Positions 34,914 to 47,226 of a stretch of DNA of 51,900 nucleotides are shown in pieces. The DNA lies in NCBI RefSeq assembly GCF_018977255.1, contig NW_024705357.1:1-51900 (forward strand). Reading direction: 5' to 3'. The notes under the pieces are model-generated. The model worked only from the letters and a program-made list of their open reading frames with translations. It did no database searches and was not told the DNA's origin. How positions within the stretch are numbered: position 1 is the first letter of the stretch; the number at the start of each line of letters is the position of its first letter. Made by a program: the position numbers and the translations under genes. The DNA is from Callorhinchus milii. Lineage: Eukaryota.

Positions 34914-35729
34914 GCTCTGAATGCACATGAATACAAAACAGAGTCAGACATCTCTAACTGGGAGATGGTTAATTTGCTGGATTTTTTGGAGATCTGCAGC
35001 TCATCTGAGAAGCGAATTTTAGCAAAATTCGCTTTATGGTTGGAGTAACCGCTACAGCTCCGCAGGATATACTCGGGTTGATTTTCTGGGCGTTGTCGGT
35101 ACCAGTATAAACAATAGCTGCTCAGTGATGTAGAATAATCACTGTGCAAAGTCACTTGCCCTCCTTCTGTCGCTGTCACTGAAGGCTCCGACTGAATAAC
35201 AGAATCTCCCCTGGTCAGACCTGAAACAAAAGTGTAAGTTAAATTGAAAATGAACAGATTGAAAAAAAAATACCTGCGTTTGATATAGCGCTTTTCCTCG
35301 TCTTTAATCGTTTCCCATCGCTTCACAGAATACACTGCGAATTGAATTGGATGTCTATTTTGTGAAAAAAAACCTGGCAGCCAATTGCGCACAGCAGTGT
35401 CCCAGAAACAGTGCAGATTGAATGACTAATTTATCATTTTCTTTCTTTGAATTATTGTTGCCCCCGATAAAACGATCCACCAATTGACAGAGAAACGGAT
35501 CGTACAATTTCCAAGTGGAGTAATTCATCAAGCCCAATGTTTAGCCCTGACAGGTATCGAACCCGAGTCATGGATTGCGAGTTGAGCGCTCTGTACACTG
35601 AGCTGCAAGACTCCACCGAATAAAGCTATGCAACCAACATGGAGCATTGGCTGAAAGATCGGCTATTTGCCTTAATTGATTACCTCGTAGAAAAGCAGCC
35701 AGAATCACCCAGATCAGAATTCCCTCCAT
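34914..35729 (-). pseudogene. V5: TCR alpha/delta-type V, open reading frame but C23>S; leader 35729-35684, V exon 35220-34914
   Basis: Leader MEGILIWVILAAFLR+G|gtaatc. V reads DSVIQ..VTLHSDYS (first Cys TGT>AGT)..YCLYWYRQ..RSCSG..SDSVLYSCAF. Confidence 0.75.
35280..35615 (-). mobile_element. SINE in the V5 leader-V intron
   Basis: Reverse complement of head (ggagtcttgcagctcagtg...gggttcgatacc), core and tail. Confidence 0.8.
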
Positions 35730-36724
35730 CGTCTGAGCTCTATCTGCAGATGCCCATTGATTACTTGTTGGATAATTTAGACGATTGGCTCCAGCCCCAG
35801 CAGTGACTAGGTGTGCTGTGGCCCAATAGGTAAAGTGCAGAAGGTCCTCGTGATCAGAAGCACTTTGCAACCAATTATTCTTTTATGACTCAAACCAGAG
35901 AAAAATAAGATCGTGGATCATAGCTGAACAGAAGGAGGCTATTCGCTCCACTGTGACTGTTTCTATTCTACTAAAGATCTAAACAATCATTCCCACTCCC
36001 GAAACTTTCCCCCTCGCCATGCAATTTTATTTTGAGTTATAAGTTCCAGTCCAATTCCCTTTTGACAGATACTATCGAATCTGTTGCCACCACACTATCA
36101 GGATGTACATTCTAAACTGTAACAAATCTACTGATGAAATAAATGTTTGTCAGTCTCCCCTCTAATTCTTTTGCCAATTAACTTCAATCTGCGAAATTAA
36201 TTCAGAAGCTCTAAAAGTTTCATATGGAAAAGAAATATGATGTATGATATTTACAAAGAGTTAGGAATGAATTTCTATACACGATTAAATTATGTTTCAC
36301 ACAAAAAAATATCACAACACGATGTGCACAGTTTACCTTCATTGAGGAAAATGGCCCGAAATCTGTTGCCAAATGAGCAAAGACATTATGAAAGAGGAAC
36401 ATCTCAAAGCATTACATGTGATATAACCTGAAGTTTAGTGACTATCTATTAGCCAATTGCCAGGCAATTAACTGTATAGTATGTTCTGTGAAACCCTTTC
36501 TGACGTCTCGAAGACGTGATAAGGCGTCGCATTAAGTGTAAGGATTAATAATATTTGTTTCACTCTTTCAATACATGAACCACTCTGTCACGCTTTGCTT
36601 GTGGTTGGCAATTATTCATGTGTTTCCTCTGAGAGACATAGCAGCAAAGTCAAAAGCTGTGAAATAGGTTAACTGTCAGGACTATCATTTGTGCTGAGAT
36701 TTAACCCTTTCTCTCCTCTTTGGA

Positions 36725-37065
36725 GGTTTATTTACAATGCTATAGTCTGACAGTAACACTGTGTGTGTGATGGCAGGGTACTTTTGCTGTCAGCTTTAGA
36801 CACGGGGAGTCCAGCTACAGTGGGTCTCTTGCACCCCGTGTCCAGATTTTTTGTTAAACATTATGTTGCAAATTCAGCAATGACAGTCCCCATAATATTC
36901 ATGTCTCCTTCTGTACAATGGAGGCTTTCACTGGATGTTGACATTCCCATAACGTTAAAACATTGGTGAAATCAGCAGAGAAGGTGCAGCTCAGGGTTAC
37001 AGTCTGGCCTTCAGTAACAGATACTTCCATCTGTGATGGTTCAACGCTGATTCCATTCGCTGTTC
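36725..37065 (-). pseudogene. V6: decayed paralog of V3 with RSS-23; no leader found
   Basis: GTANGISVEPSQMEVSVTEGQTVTLSCTFSADF, then frameshifts and stops. RSS CACAGTG (36763-36757) + 23 nt + AAATAAACC (36733-36725). A SINE 3' half at ~37095-37335 sits where the leader should be. Confidence 0.88.
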
Positions 37066-38339
37066 CTTTTGACAGAGAGGACATGTCACACAAAAAAGAT
37101 GATAATAATCCCTCCAAAACTAAAAACAATAATAAATGGGTCATTTTCAATCTATGACTGTTTGTGGGACATTGCTGTGCGCAAATGGCTGCAGCGTTCG
37201 CCCACAAATATACAGTCAATTCACTTTACAGTGTGTTCTGTGAAGCGCTTTGGGACGTCCTCCCGGCGTGAAAAGCGCCATATCAAATGCAAGGATTATT
37301 ACTATTATTATTATTATTGTTATTATTATTATTAAGCGTTTGTGTCCTGAAAGTGCGTGATAACGGAGGTGGAAACCATATTCAACATGGCACTTAGGTC
37401 TGATTCAGAAGATTGTGGTTACAAGTCCCATCTCCTGATTTGGGGCCTGTATAATCTAAGATGTTGTTCAGACGCAATACTGGGAGCGTATTCATCATTG
37501 CGGGAGGTGTTAGCATTTGAAGAAGAGGTTAATCCGAGATGCCATCAGCCTCATCAAGTGAACTGTGATCAGCAGATGGCGGCAGAAGTTTTCCACGCAA
37601 CAATTCTTACATAAAACCATGGGCAGCCCTTCCCACAATACAGCTCCATCTCAGTAAGGCGATAACCAGGTCAGTTTATTGTCCATTTCACGGAGATTGA
37701 AGCTATGACACAGCCACAACACTTCAGAGTGCATTCTTTGAAGCGCTTGGATACGTTTCACAAACGTGATCATGGGCTATATTAATAAAAGCTTATCATT
37801 AATATTATTATAATTATTGAAGCAATCTGTCCCTGGAGTTTCCTCAGTAGGTGGGGTGCATGGAATTCTTAATTGGTTTTGGATGTGCTCCAGCTACGGT
37901 GATGGATTTCATCATGAGTCAGACTCCCGACTGACCAAAAATCTGATACTTTCATATCTTCAGAATCGCCTGGAGAAGCACCTTCCGCTTCCTGGTAACA
38001 ACGACAGCAACTTGCATTGACAACAACTTGCATTGACACAGCGACATCCACGAAAGGTAGCGTTCTGGAGCGTTTGACAGCAACCGCCAATTTAGGGCAG
38101 AGGGAGTGGGCAGGTGACCTTTCGTACGATTGAAAAGGAATGTATTGAGGCAGTGAATTTGGAGAGAGGGAGCAAGACGGAACGATCGAGATGGAGAGTT
38201 CCAGATATTGATCAGTTCACGGACAGTTTGGTCTTAGCTTAATGCAGTTTCCTTTCCACTCAGAAGCAGATTCGCTTTCATACTGCACTAAATCCCCCAA
38301 TTCATCGGGATGAAGGCCTTTATCTCTTAAAGCCAAGGC

Positions 38340-38899
38340 AGTTTTTGCACGAGAATGTAACTGACTCCTATCAATGTGGTGTACTCTCCCGGGAGAGCGG
38401 ACGCACAGTTGTACACTGCAGCGTCACTCATCTGAACACCATTCATGGTTACAAAGAAACTTTTGTCAGGTTCACTCATTTTAGCAGAAAATCGTTTGCT
38501 TCTGTCACTCCCTTTGCCGTTGCTGTTTGAAGCTCTCCGCCAAAGAAACATTGGGCTGTTTTCCGGAAGTATTATTGGAAGCCGAACATAAGAACACAAG
38601 AACATAAGGAATAGGAGCAGGAGTAGGCCATTTGGACCCTGAGTGAAGAAATATTTCCTCAACTCTGTTCTTTTGGACTGACGGATGAATTTAAGATTGT
38701 TAGCCCTGGTTATAGATTCTCCTACCAGAGGATACAGACCATCAGAATCTACTTTATCAGGCCTTTAAGAATCTTACATATTTCAAACAAGTCATACATC
38801 TGGGCCGTTGTGTTATGGGTACAGTTAGCTTTAAACCTTTGGCCCATTTTCAAGCTGAACGAGGAATAGTCTTGTGATATAGAATCTTTTGACTCATGT
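38340..38899 (-). pseudogene. V7: V pseudogene split by a CR1 insertion
   Basis: 5' half DSISQDYSSFSLKMGQRFKANCTHNTT (~38899-38785). 3' half ILPENSPMFLWRR..KRFSAKM..SDAAVYNCAS (~38585-38379). RSS CACATTG (38378-38372) + 23 nt + GCAAAAACT (38348-38340). Confidence 0.82.
38586..38782 (-). mobile_element. Short CR1 3' fragment inside V7
   Basis: aacataagaacacaagaacataaggaataggagcaggagtaggccattt is the reverse complement of a CR1 3' end; MRKYFFTQ motif. Confidence 0.8.
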
Positions 38900-39199
38900 C
38901 TGGAACAAGAATGTCCAACATAATTTGTCTAGCAAGGCCAAGTGGGCCGGTAGCAGCCATCAGTCGGAACCCAGCATTTTACATAATGCCTTACTATGTC
39001 TCCCGGCATCTCAAAACCCTTCACATGATTCTAATTATCAAGTGTTCTGTCTGTGTGTTGATCAGAAAACATGGCAGCTTAATTAAACAGAATATTGTCA
39101 CACGAACAGCGATGAAGCAAGTGAAATTTCCTGGTTATTTGGTATATTGTTGCCCAGGGTATGAGGAGCAACTCGATTGTCTGTAAGAACAGTGCAACG

Positions 39200-39550
39200 T
39201 AGTCGTGCAGCTCAGTGGTTTAGAGCATTCGACTCACAAACCGGAAGGCCCGGGTTCGATTCTCGGCAGGGCGAAACGTTGGGCAAATTTCCTTGCTCCA
39301 TCAGCTTCTTTTCCTTGAAGTAAATGTTAGTCCATTACCTGATCGTTTTTCCGGTGGTAGTAATTCCTTCAAGCCAATAATAATATGGTCACGCAACCCA
39401 AAGCACTTTGTGGGACAACGCTGTGCAAAATTAGCTGCTGTATTTCTCCTACATAACTTAGAGTCAATTGATTTTGAAGTATATGTTGTGAAGCGATTTG
39501 AGACGTCTCCAAGATACAATATGGCGCTATTTCAAATGCAATGATTATTA
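39200..39550 (+). mobile_element. SINE
   Basis: gtgcagctcagtggtttagagc...gggttcgattctcgg head, core, tail ...caaatgcaatgattattatt. Confidence 0.85.
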
Positions 39551-39910
39551 TTAACTCGGATCTTTCCTGTTCAATAAACCCATTAACCCATTTGCTTCGC
39601 CTGGGTAACCAACGCTCCAATAAATACATGAATAAATAAATCAACTAAAAAAAATAATATGACGATAACTCAATTCACCACTGTTTCTGAGTCACTGCTG
39701 TGAACAGTTACGCCAATTCAAATATACCGCCAATTCACTTTACAATATATGTGATCTCTGCTTCCCTCATGGGATAATCAAGTTGTTTGTGTGACAGTCA
39801 GATCTGCTCTCATTGTGCTCTTCTCTTTGTGTCTTTGTCTCGTCTGCTTTCCCACAGGAAATCGCTGCTGCGGCCGAGAGGGAGAGAAAATCACACCACT
39901 AAACGCCGTT

Positions 39911-40557
39911 AGTTTTTGTACGAGTCTCTGACATGTTCCCAACACTGTGTGGTTGAAGAGCTCAGTAATACACAGCACTGTCAGACAGCTCCAACAGTGA
40001 GATGGTTAAAACGGTAATTTTTTTGGAGGTCTGGAGTTGAGAAATGAACCGCTTTTTAGCAAATTTTGCAATATCTGTAAAACCACCAGAACCCTTTTGA
40101 AGCACATACTCTGGTTGTGTTTCTTGTTGATCTCGATACCAATGTAAACAGTAGCCGCTCAGAGACGTATCAGAATGACATTCCATGGTCACACTTCCTC
40201 CTTCTTTCTCAATAAGTGAAGCCACCCTCTGTGTCACAGAGTCTCCATGGGTCAGGCCTGAAAGACAAAAATGTGAATTATTGTATGTCAGTGATTGAAA
40301 CACACATCTCGTAAGCGAAAGGACCTGGGATCAATGCCCATGGTGGACATGGTTAACCCTAGGCCAGTTTACTTTTCCGGGGTTAATAATCCAATCAAAA
40401 TAATAACAATTTCAATGTGGTCAGTGAATCCATGACTGTTTGCAGGGCGTGGAAAAAATACATAGTCACTGCGCTTTACAGTACATATTGTGAACCGCTT
40501 GATACCTATTAAAACGGCAGCCAGAGCCAAACACACACTGACTCTCCACAGCCCCAT
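39911..40557 (-). pseudogene. V8: paralog of V2 with C104 TGT>TGA; leader 40557-40506, V exon 40257-39950, intact RSS-23
   Basis: Leader MGLWRVSVCLALAAVLI+G|gtatc. V ends SDSAVYY*. RSS CACAGTG (39949-39943) + 23 nt + ACAAAAACT (39919-39911). Confidence 0.92.
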
Positions 40558-42168
40558 CATTCCCTCCACAGCTGCGCTCTTTTGTTACTAAGATATTGGT
40601 GTTGATCTGGGACGTACACCTCCGAGAGAGGTGACACTTGATTGCTATGACATCAATTCCTATTCAAGTGACTCATCTATTGCTCAATGTGGGAGGGAGG
40701 TTAATTTGTCACAGTTTATCCTCTTGAGGGAGGGGAGAGTGTGTCTCCTTCCAGTTAATTCAGTTTGGTGACAGGCTTGGCAGTGAAAATGTGAACCGGA
40801 TTTGCATGTTTCCAGGATATTACAAAGGAAGGATGGAACAATAACACAGAGGTTTAGAAGTTAGGGTGAGCATCTTGAATTGCCACACTGCCGCCAAATT
40901 CTAGAAATGCACTACGCAATCCCACCGTCTGGACCCCATCCCCTCCGAGCTTCAAGACCCAAATCAAGACCCTTCCCTTGGACCTTGCTTTCGATCAACG
41001 TGCTTCCACCCCCTGCCCTCTAAACTCCCCAATCCCGACCACAATTTCTGATTATCCAGCAATTTGGGACTATCTCCCGTAGTGAAGGGTGCTGTACAAT
41101 TATAATGTTGTTGTTTTGGTGAGACGTCTCACAGAACTTCACAGAATATGCTTTAAATGGTTATGACTGCAGACTTATTTTGTAGGTTTTCAGCATAACA
41201 CAGAGTTATGATGGAGCAAAAATATATAGAGATGTAAAGACTAGGGTTTCTTAGATATCTCTGCCCCAGTTAGTTGAAAGGTTGATTCCTGCAACTTTCC
41301 GGTCTAGGCGTCTGCTTTACAGTAGTTTTGGGTGCAAAACACAACTCTTCTGGCATAATCCATGGCTAACCCTTATTGACAACGTTCGACAATTCAATGT
41401 TATTTCACGTTTACGCAGTATCTTCCACAATCGGAGGTCATGCCATTGCGTGACTGAAAGAGACAACAGCAACAACAACTTGTCGATCAGCCATAATCTA
41501 TTTCAATGGCGGAACAGGCCCGAAAGACCACTGAGTTCGCCATCTCCTCTTCCTTTGTTCCATCGCGCAGAGCAGCGTCCAAGAGCGCTTGGCAGTGGCG
41601 GAAATGAGGTGTATGTCAAGCTGCAGCGGAGTTACAAGAAGACGGAAGGCTGCCTTCAGTATAACTATTTGGAACAATAGTAATAGTCGATAAATGTCGT
41701 AGGACGCTTTAAACGAGGTGCCACATCCCAAAGTACTTTACAGTAACCATTACACAGGACAGTGTATTTGTGTATGCGTAAATTCCTTACATCTTTCAAG
41801 GAAAATCAAACGTTGTGAAATGCTTTGCCAAATATAATTGATAAGAAGTTTCTTGGAATAATGCAATGGAATAATTAACATCCACTCAGACAGGCAGAGG
41901 GGACTTCAATCCAATACCTCACCTGAAGGACGGATAATAATTTGTCTTCCGAATTCAACCCGAATTGAAAAATATTTCACTTCGCATCTTAGTGTTAATT
42001 AAGGATTCAATTTGAAAAGGCGCTCATTTAGTTGGCACGAACTTCTACCATCACGATAAGTCTGACGGTAATAGTCTTATCGTCCCCGAGTGGCCTATGT
42101 GCCAATCTCCAGCTCTGCCTTGAAATTTGATGCAGAACTACAAATAAAGCGATCTGTCAAAGTTTTTG

Positions 42169-42354
42169 NNNNNNNNNNNNNNNNNNNNNNNNNNNNNNNN
42201 NNNNNNNNNNNNNNNNNNNNNNNNNNNNNNNNNNNNNNNNNNNNNNNNNNNNNNNNNNNNNNNNNNNNNNNNNNNNNNNNNNNNNNNNNNNNNNNNNNNN
42301 NNNNNNNNNNNNNNNNNNNNNNNNNNNNNNNNNNNNNNNNNNNNNNNNNNNNNN
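42169..42354. other. Assembly gap (186 N)
   Basis: Run of N. Confidence 1.
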
Positions 42355-42737
42355 TGGCTATCTTTCTTTTACTTTAGCTTTGTATCTATTTATCTGTAAG
42401 TCCATTTCTTTTTTCATTGATTTCCCTTTTCACTCCCTTCTTTATTAACAGCGCATTTGATAAATGACTTGTTGCCCCCAGGAAGCAATCCTCGGATCGG
42501 CTACCAAGCAGATCAAGCGGTTTCCTACTTCCTGACAAGTGTGTTTGTGGTGTCAGGAAACTTGCCTCAGGTGTTTCCCCGCCCAGGAGTCGGTATCAGT
42601 TCCCCTTGCTTGACATTCTGTCCAATGGGCCTTAACGCTCAATTTCTGCACGAATGTACCCTCTCTGTGCCCCCACACCTTTCTCACCTCTGTGAAGTCT
42701 CACATCACCATATTGTCCTCCCTTTCCTCCACACACT

Positions 42738-43091
42738 AGGATTTGAACGGGTCTCCCCGCCCTTTCTATCACGGTGGAAGGGGCCACATGTGTGCAGTGA
42801 CAGGTGGCCTCATCTGTCGCTTGCTGGTCGGAGAAGGTCAAAAAGCTGAGCTTCTTGGCAATGTCCAGTGAGACAGAAATGTGATCCCGGTAACTGGTCC
42901 CCGGCTTTCCTCTCCAGACGCCCGTATGTGCAAGAGGTGGGAGAGTACCTGGCCTGGCCTCTGTCGGTACCAGTAAACGTCGGTGTCACCAACGCAGTCA
43001 GTGGAGTATCTACAACGTAACCCCATTGCCATCCCCTCCACACCTGGGGATTGGATAAGCTGCAGAGACACGGAAAATCTTTGGCTCGACC
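42738..43091 (-). pseudogene. Leaderless TCR delta V with a CDR1 Cys (supporting V delta of a NAR-TCR cassette), frameshifted; RSS-23
   Basis: LIQSP..EGMAMGLRCRYSTDCVGDTDVYWYRQRPGQ, then frameshifts to FSVSLDIAKK and LTFSDQQATDEATCHC. RSS CACCGTG (42776-42770) + 23 nt + TCAAATCCT (42746-42738). No hydrophobic leader exon was seen between it and the upstream J. Confidence 0.8.
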
Positions 43092-43934
43092 CTGCAGGTT
43101 CAATACTTTGCAGTAAGGAAACCGATGTTCACAATTTATTTCTCTGGACGATTTGATTAACCGGGCGTCTGAGACACGCGGAAACGTATCACTATGGTTA
43201 AGAGTCTACATACCCAACTGATAAATCTACGTATCTCAGCAACACCTGGAAATCCCAGAGACAGTGTGATGGAATGGAATGCAAACCCTTTCCCTGAAGG
43301 GACACTAACTGCTTAACTGTTCTCTGAGAGTACCAAGTTGGAAAGAGTCAACGCTTAGGTGAGCCCAAATTGTCGTCAGGGTAACTGCAGGAGGCTTACC
43401 AGCCAAACTCACATAGCTGGCTATTTATAGCCCTGTTTGGCAAGCTTTCCCACTGCTTGCCCAGCTAGGACCAACCCTTACATTGGCGTGCAAGGTGAAG
43501 AGGAGCCGAGCGGAAGTGTTAGCTGCCCCGAGTTACTGGTAGTATATAAACAATATAATAATATTCATTGCATTTGATATAGCGCCTTTTGCATTGCAAA
43601 TAAACCTTCCAAGACAATCTTCTGAGATCTGCAGTTTCGTTCAGAAATATCTGTCTTCCTTGCGTGGAGAGAGCACTGTGCTCTGTTCACCCAATCCCAC
43701 AAGTTGAGCTACCGGATGATATGAGTCAACACTTTTGGACGCCAGTGTGACCAACTGCTGGGATGTTAACAGCTCAAGCTCTGCATTTTGCATGTCTTTG
43801 CTTCCTCTTCATGGTGCAGATAACAATACAATTAGGATATGGTTTTGCGCGGTTTAAATTGATCTTCTGCAGAACATCATTTGTTTCAAGTGCTTCCAGG
43901 AGACTCGGCTAGAAAGCAATTGGAAACATGTGTG

Positions 43935-44300
43935 CAGTCCTGTAGCTCAGTGGGTAGAGCGCTCGCCTTGCAAGCGAATGGACCTGGGTTCGATTCCCGA
44001 GACGGATGAAAACTTGTGCAAGTTTCCTTTCGCCACCAACCTCTGTTTACTGAACTGTATGAAGGAAACTTGTTGTTAGTCGGCTACCCAATTGCTTCCT
44101 GGGGTAAATAAGGCCTTCAAAAATAATAAAAACGTGGCTCACTCAATCCCCGAATGTTTATGAGGCCCTGCTGTGCACAAACTACTGCTGTCTTTCGCCC
44201 GCAGCAAAAACAATTTGCATATATTCCGTGAAGCGCTTTGAGACGTTAAAATAAAGCAATATATCAAATGCAAAGTTTGTTTTTATTATTGTTATTACTA
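43935..44300 (+). mobile_element. SINE in the J-to-supporting-V intron
   Basis: gtcctgtagctcagtgggtagagcgctcgccttgcaagcg...gggttcgattccc head; tail gtgaagcgctttgagacg...aaatgcaaag. Confidence 0.85.
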
Positions 44301-46611
44301 AGCATTTATTGCGGCGTATTCAACAGAGGGAAGCATTGCAAAGCAAACCGCTGCACATGACTTGCCCTGAAGTGCATTTACTGTGTATTTTTTAGGCAAA
44401 CTCGTTTGAAGGCCTTTCGAACAGATTCAACAGAAGGCATGAGGTACTGTTGTTTATTGTGCGAGTTATAGTGACCGATATGTCCTCCACAGTAGTCTCC
44501 TGCCCAGGTTTCTGAGACACAGACAGCTTGGGGTCTGGAGGTCAGAGAAACCAATTTATCTCAGTCCATTATTAGAATTTTTTGACCAACATACACAGCC
44601 TACGTTTCTAGCTAGCCCTCTCACCTCTGAGCCAAATCTTTTGTGAGTTAAAGCACCACTCCCAGAACATTCTAGGTACTCGAGATCCCACCGTGTAGTG
44701 TTTAGGGTCCTTCGTAAGCATCCAGGACCTGTTTTCCATTCCTGACAGGTTGAAACATGAGACAAATTTCCATAATTTCTTTTGTTTAACATGCAGTAAT
44801 TAGGGACGCAGTTGTTAACAAATGGAAGATCGCTTCAGTGGATAATAATCCTACAAAATGACAATTTTTTTTCACTGCCACCCGACAAAAATAATAAATA
44901 GGAGCTATTTTTAATTGAATCCACGTCTGTACGTTGGGCACACATGTGTGCTATTGGCTGCGGCATTTCTCCCTCAATACTAGCACTCAATTTACGTCAA
45001 TTCAGTTAAAACAATGAAATTATCTGTAATTGAATTGAGCCTTGCCGCAAATTACTGCAATTCAGCGAAAGTGGCGTTAAGCAGAAGAGGAGCGTTGGAG
45101 AACAGTTGTATTCGACACAACAATTTGTCGCACAATCGAAACTTCTCAAAGGGTTTGGTTGGATTTTACTCTGAAGTGTATTAACATTGTGTTTCAGCGC
45201 CAGGGACGGTCATACTGGTAAAAGCTGCCTTTTCATTCCCTCACTGCAATTTTATTTCATATCTCAACCAGCAAATATTTCACGATCTATCTCAGTATGA
45301 GTTTCATCCCTATTTGTTTAAATTATTTTGTTTCTGGCAGTTACATCCCGCCTCGCACCTGCCAGTTTCAGTTATTGTGCTTTCCTCTTGTACCTGTCAC
45401 TAACGCCCGAAATGTTGCAGTGTCTATCCTTGTTAACGTATTGATGGTAAACAGAAACACTTCGCCTCCTTTGCCTGTCATCTTTCGGCTTTAGCAAGGT
45501 AGCCGTCTGTGCTTTATACGCTGTGCACACTTGGTGAAGCACGGTGATCACTCTGTCTCCCCTAAGCTATGGAAACCACACAATTCTCTCGCTATTCTCT
45601 GGTCGCTCTCTTTCTGTCTTGAATTCCCATTTTGTATTCTACCTCATTGGCCTCACCTTTTGTTACGTCTTCATTGAGTGCTCGGCTCCCACATGGCTAT
45701 CCTATATATTATCCGATATTAAGCGTATTACTTCTATACATCTCTAATATATGTGCAGATAGATAATTTGGCTATTCACTTTTCAAAGGAGTTTCTTGCT
45801 CAATCAATTTCAATCTGACTCACAATCCTTTCTTCTGTCTCTCCCAAATCACTGATCACTGTAACTCACTCTCCACTCCATCACTCTGTGTCCTAATCTC
45901 TCTCTCTCACTCTTGCTCTCTCCACACCCCACACCCCCTTCACTCCCTCTCGCTTTCCCACCATCCTCCTTTGTCCGACTACCTCAGTTAATAGTACCCT
46001 CTCCTCTGAATCAGAAATTCGCGGATTTTAGTTTCACGTTAGGAATTTTCCATCTCATGCGATGTGACATTAGAGTGCATTGTATGAGATCTTTCCTTCA
46101 GATCAAACCGAGGTTCCATCTGGTTGTTCTGATGCACGTGAAAGCTCCCTTGGCACTATTTGAAAAAGGAAGGGAATTGTTCCAGAGTCGTGGCAAAGAA
46201 TTCCCCAAACCAAATTTATGCCTCGCTCTATGGCAGCTTGCGTGACGCTGCTATGTGCAAACTGCCTGCCAATATTCGCCGAGAACACACTCTTTAGAAC
46301 ATATCTTGAGAAGCACTTTGTAACCTTCTCCCGACCTGAACGGCGCTGTTGGAAAGGGAACGATCACTTGGTTCATCATGTTGGAAAGCTGTCTCAAAGC
46401 ACTTGACAGAACACCTTGTAAAATGGATTGACTTTGTGTTTTTTGGGAGTAATGTGGTAGCCATTTGGGCACAGTGGGGTGCCAAAAAAATTGATCGATT
46501 GAGACACCAATTTTTTATTCAGGGTTTTATAACCCCAGGAATTAAGTCGATCGCCACTTAACCAAATGACGCCCAACCAAAAGGAAAAGCTAGTTTTTCA
46601 TTGGAAAAGAG

Positions 46612-47170
46612 TTGTGTTTGTGTGTGTGTGTGTTTGGCTGAGTGAGTATGCTTGTGTGTATGTGAGTGATGATATGTGTGTGTGTGAGTGAGTATGTGCA
46701 TGTGAGTGAGAGTATGTACCTGTGTGTGTATGTGTGTGGAGTGAGTATATGTGAGTGCGAGTGTGCATGTGTGTGTTTGAGTGTGTGAGTGAGTGAGTAT
46801 CTGTGCGTGTGTGGGTGTGTGAGAGTGAGTGAGTGTGTTTGTGTGTGTGTGAGTGAGTATGTGTGTGTGTGCGAGTGAGTGAGTGAATGAGTATGTGTGT
46901 GTGTGAGTGAGTAACTGTGTGAGTGAGTGAGTGAGTGAGTGACTGTGTGTGTGTGAGTGAGTGAGTTTGTGTGTGTATGAGTGAATACATGTGTGTGAGA
47001 GTGAGTGACTCTGTGTGTGTGAGTGAATGAGTGAGTAAATATGTGCGAGAGTGTGTGTGTGCGTGAATGGGTATGTAATTGTGTGCGTGCGTGTGTGTGT
47101 GTGTGTGAGTTGGTATGTGAGTGTGATTATGTGTGTGTGTGTGTGAGTGAGTATGTGTGCGTGTGTGGGG
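46612..47170. repeat. Compound (TG)n/(TGAG)n microsatellite, ~560 bp
   Basis: Direct reading. Confidence 0.98.
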
Positions 47171-47226
47171 AGTACATTGCTGCAGTGGAAGCGAAGGAGC
47201 TACAGGAAGATTTCGAGGTGACTTAC

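Noticed and set aside
41282-41731. 132-aa and 77-aa ORFs as a possible gene or transposase
   Set aside because: No recognisable motif or splice structure; faint DDE-like resemblances were not convincing.
43672-43686. Heptamer CACTGTG inside the palindrome agagcactgtgctct, as a possible D-segment RSS
   Set aside because: No nonamer at 12 or 23 nt and no second RSS nearby.
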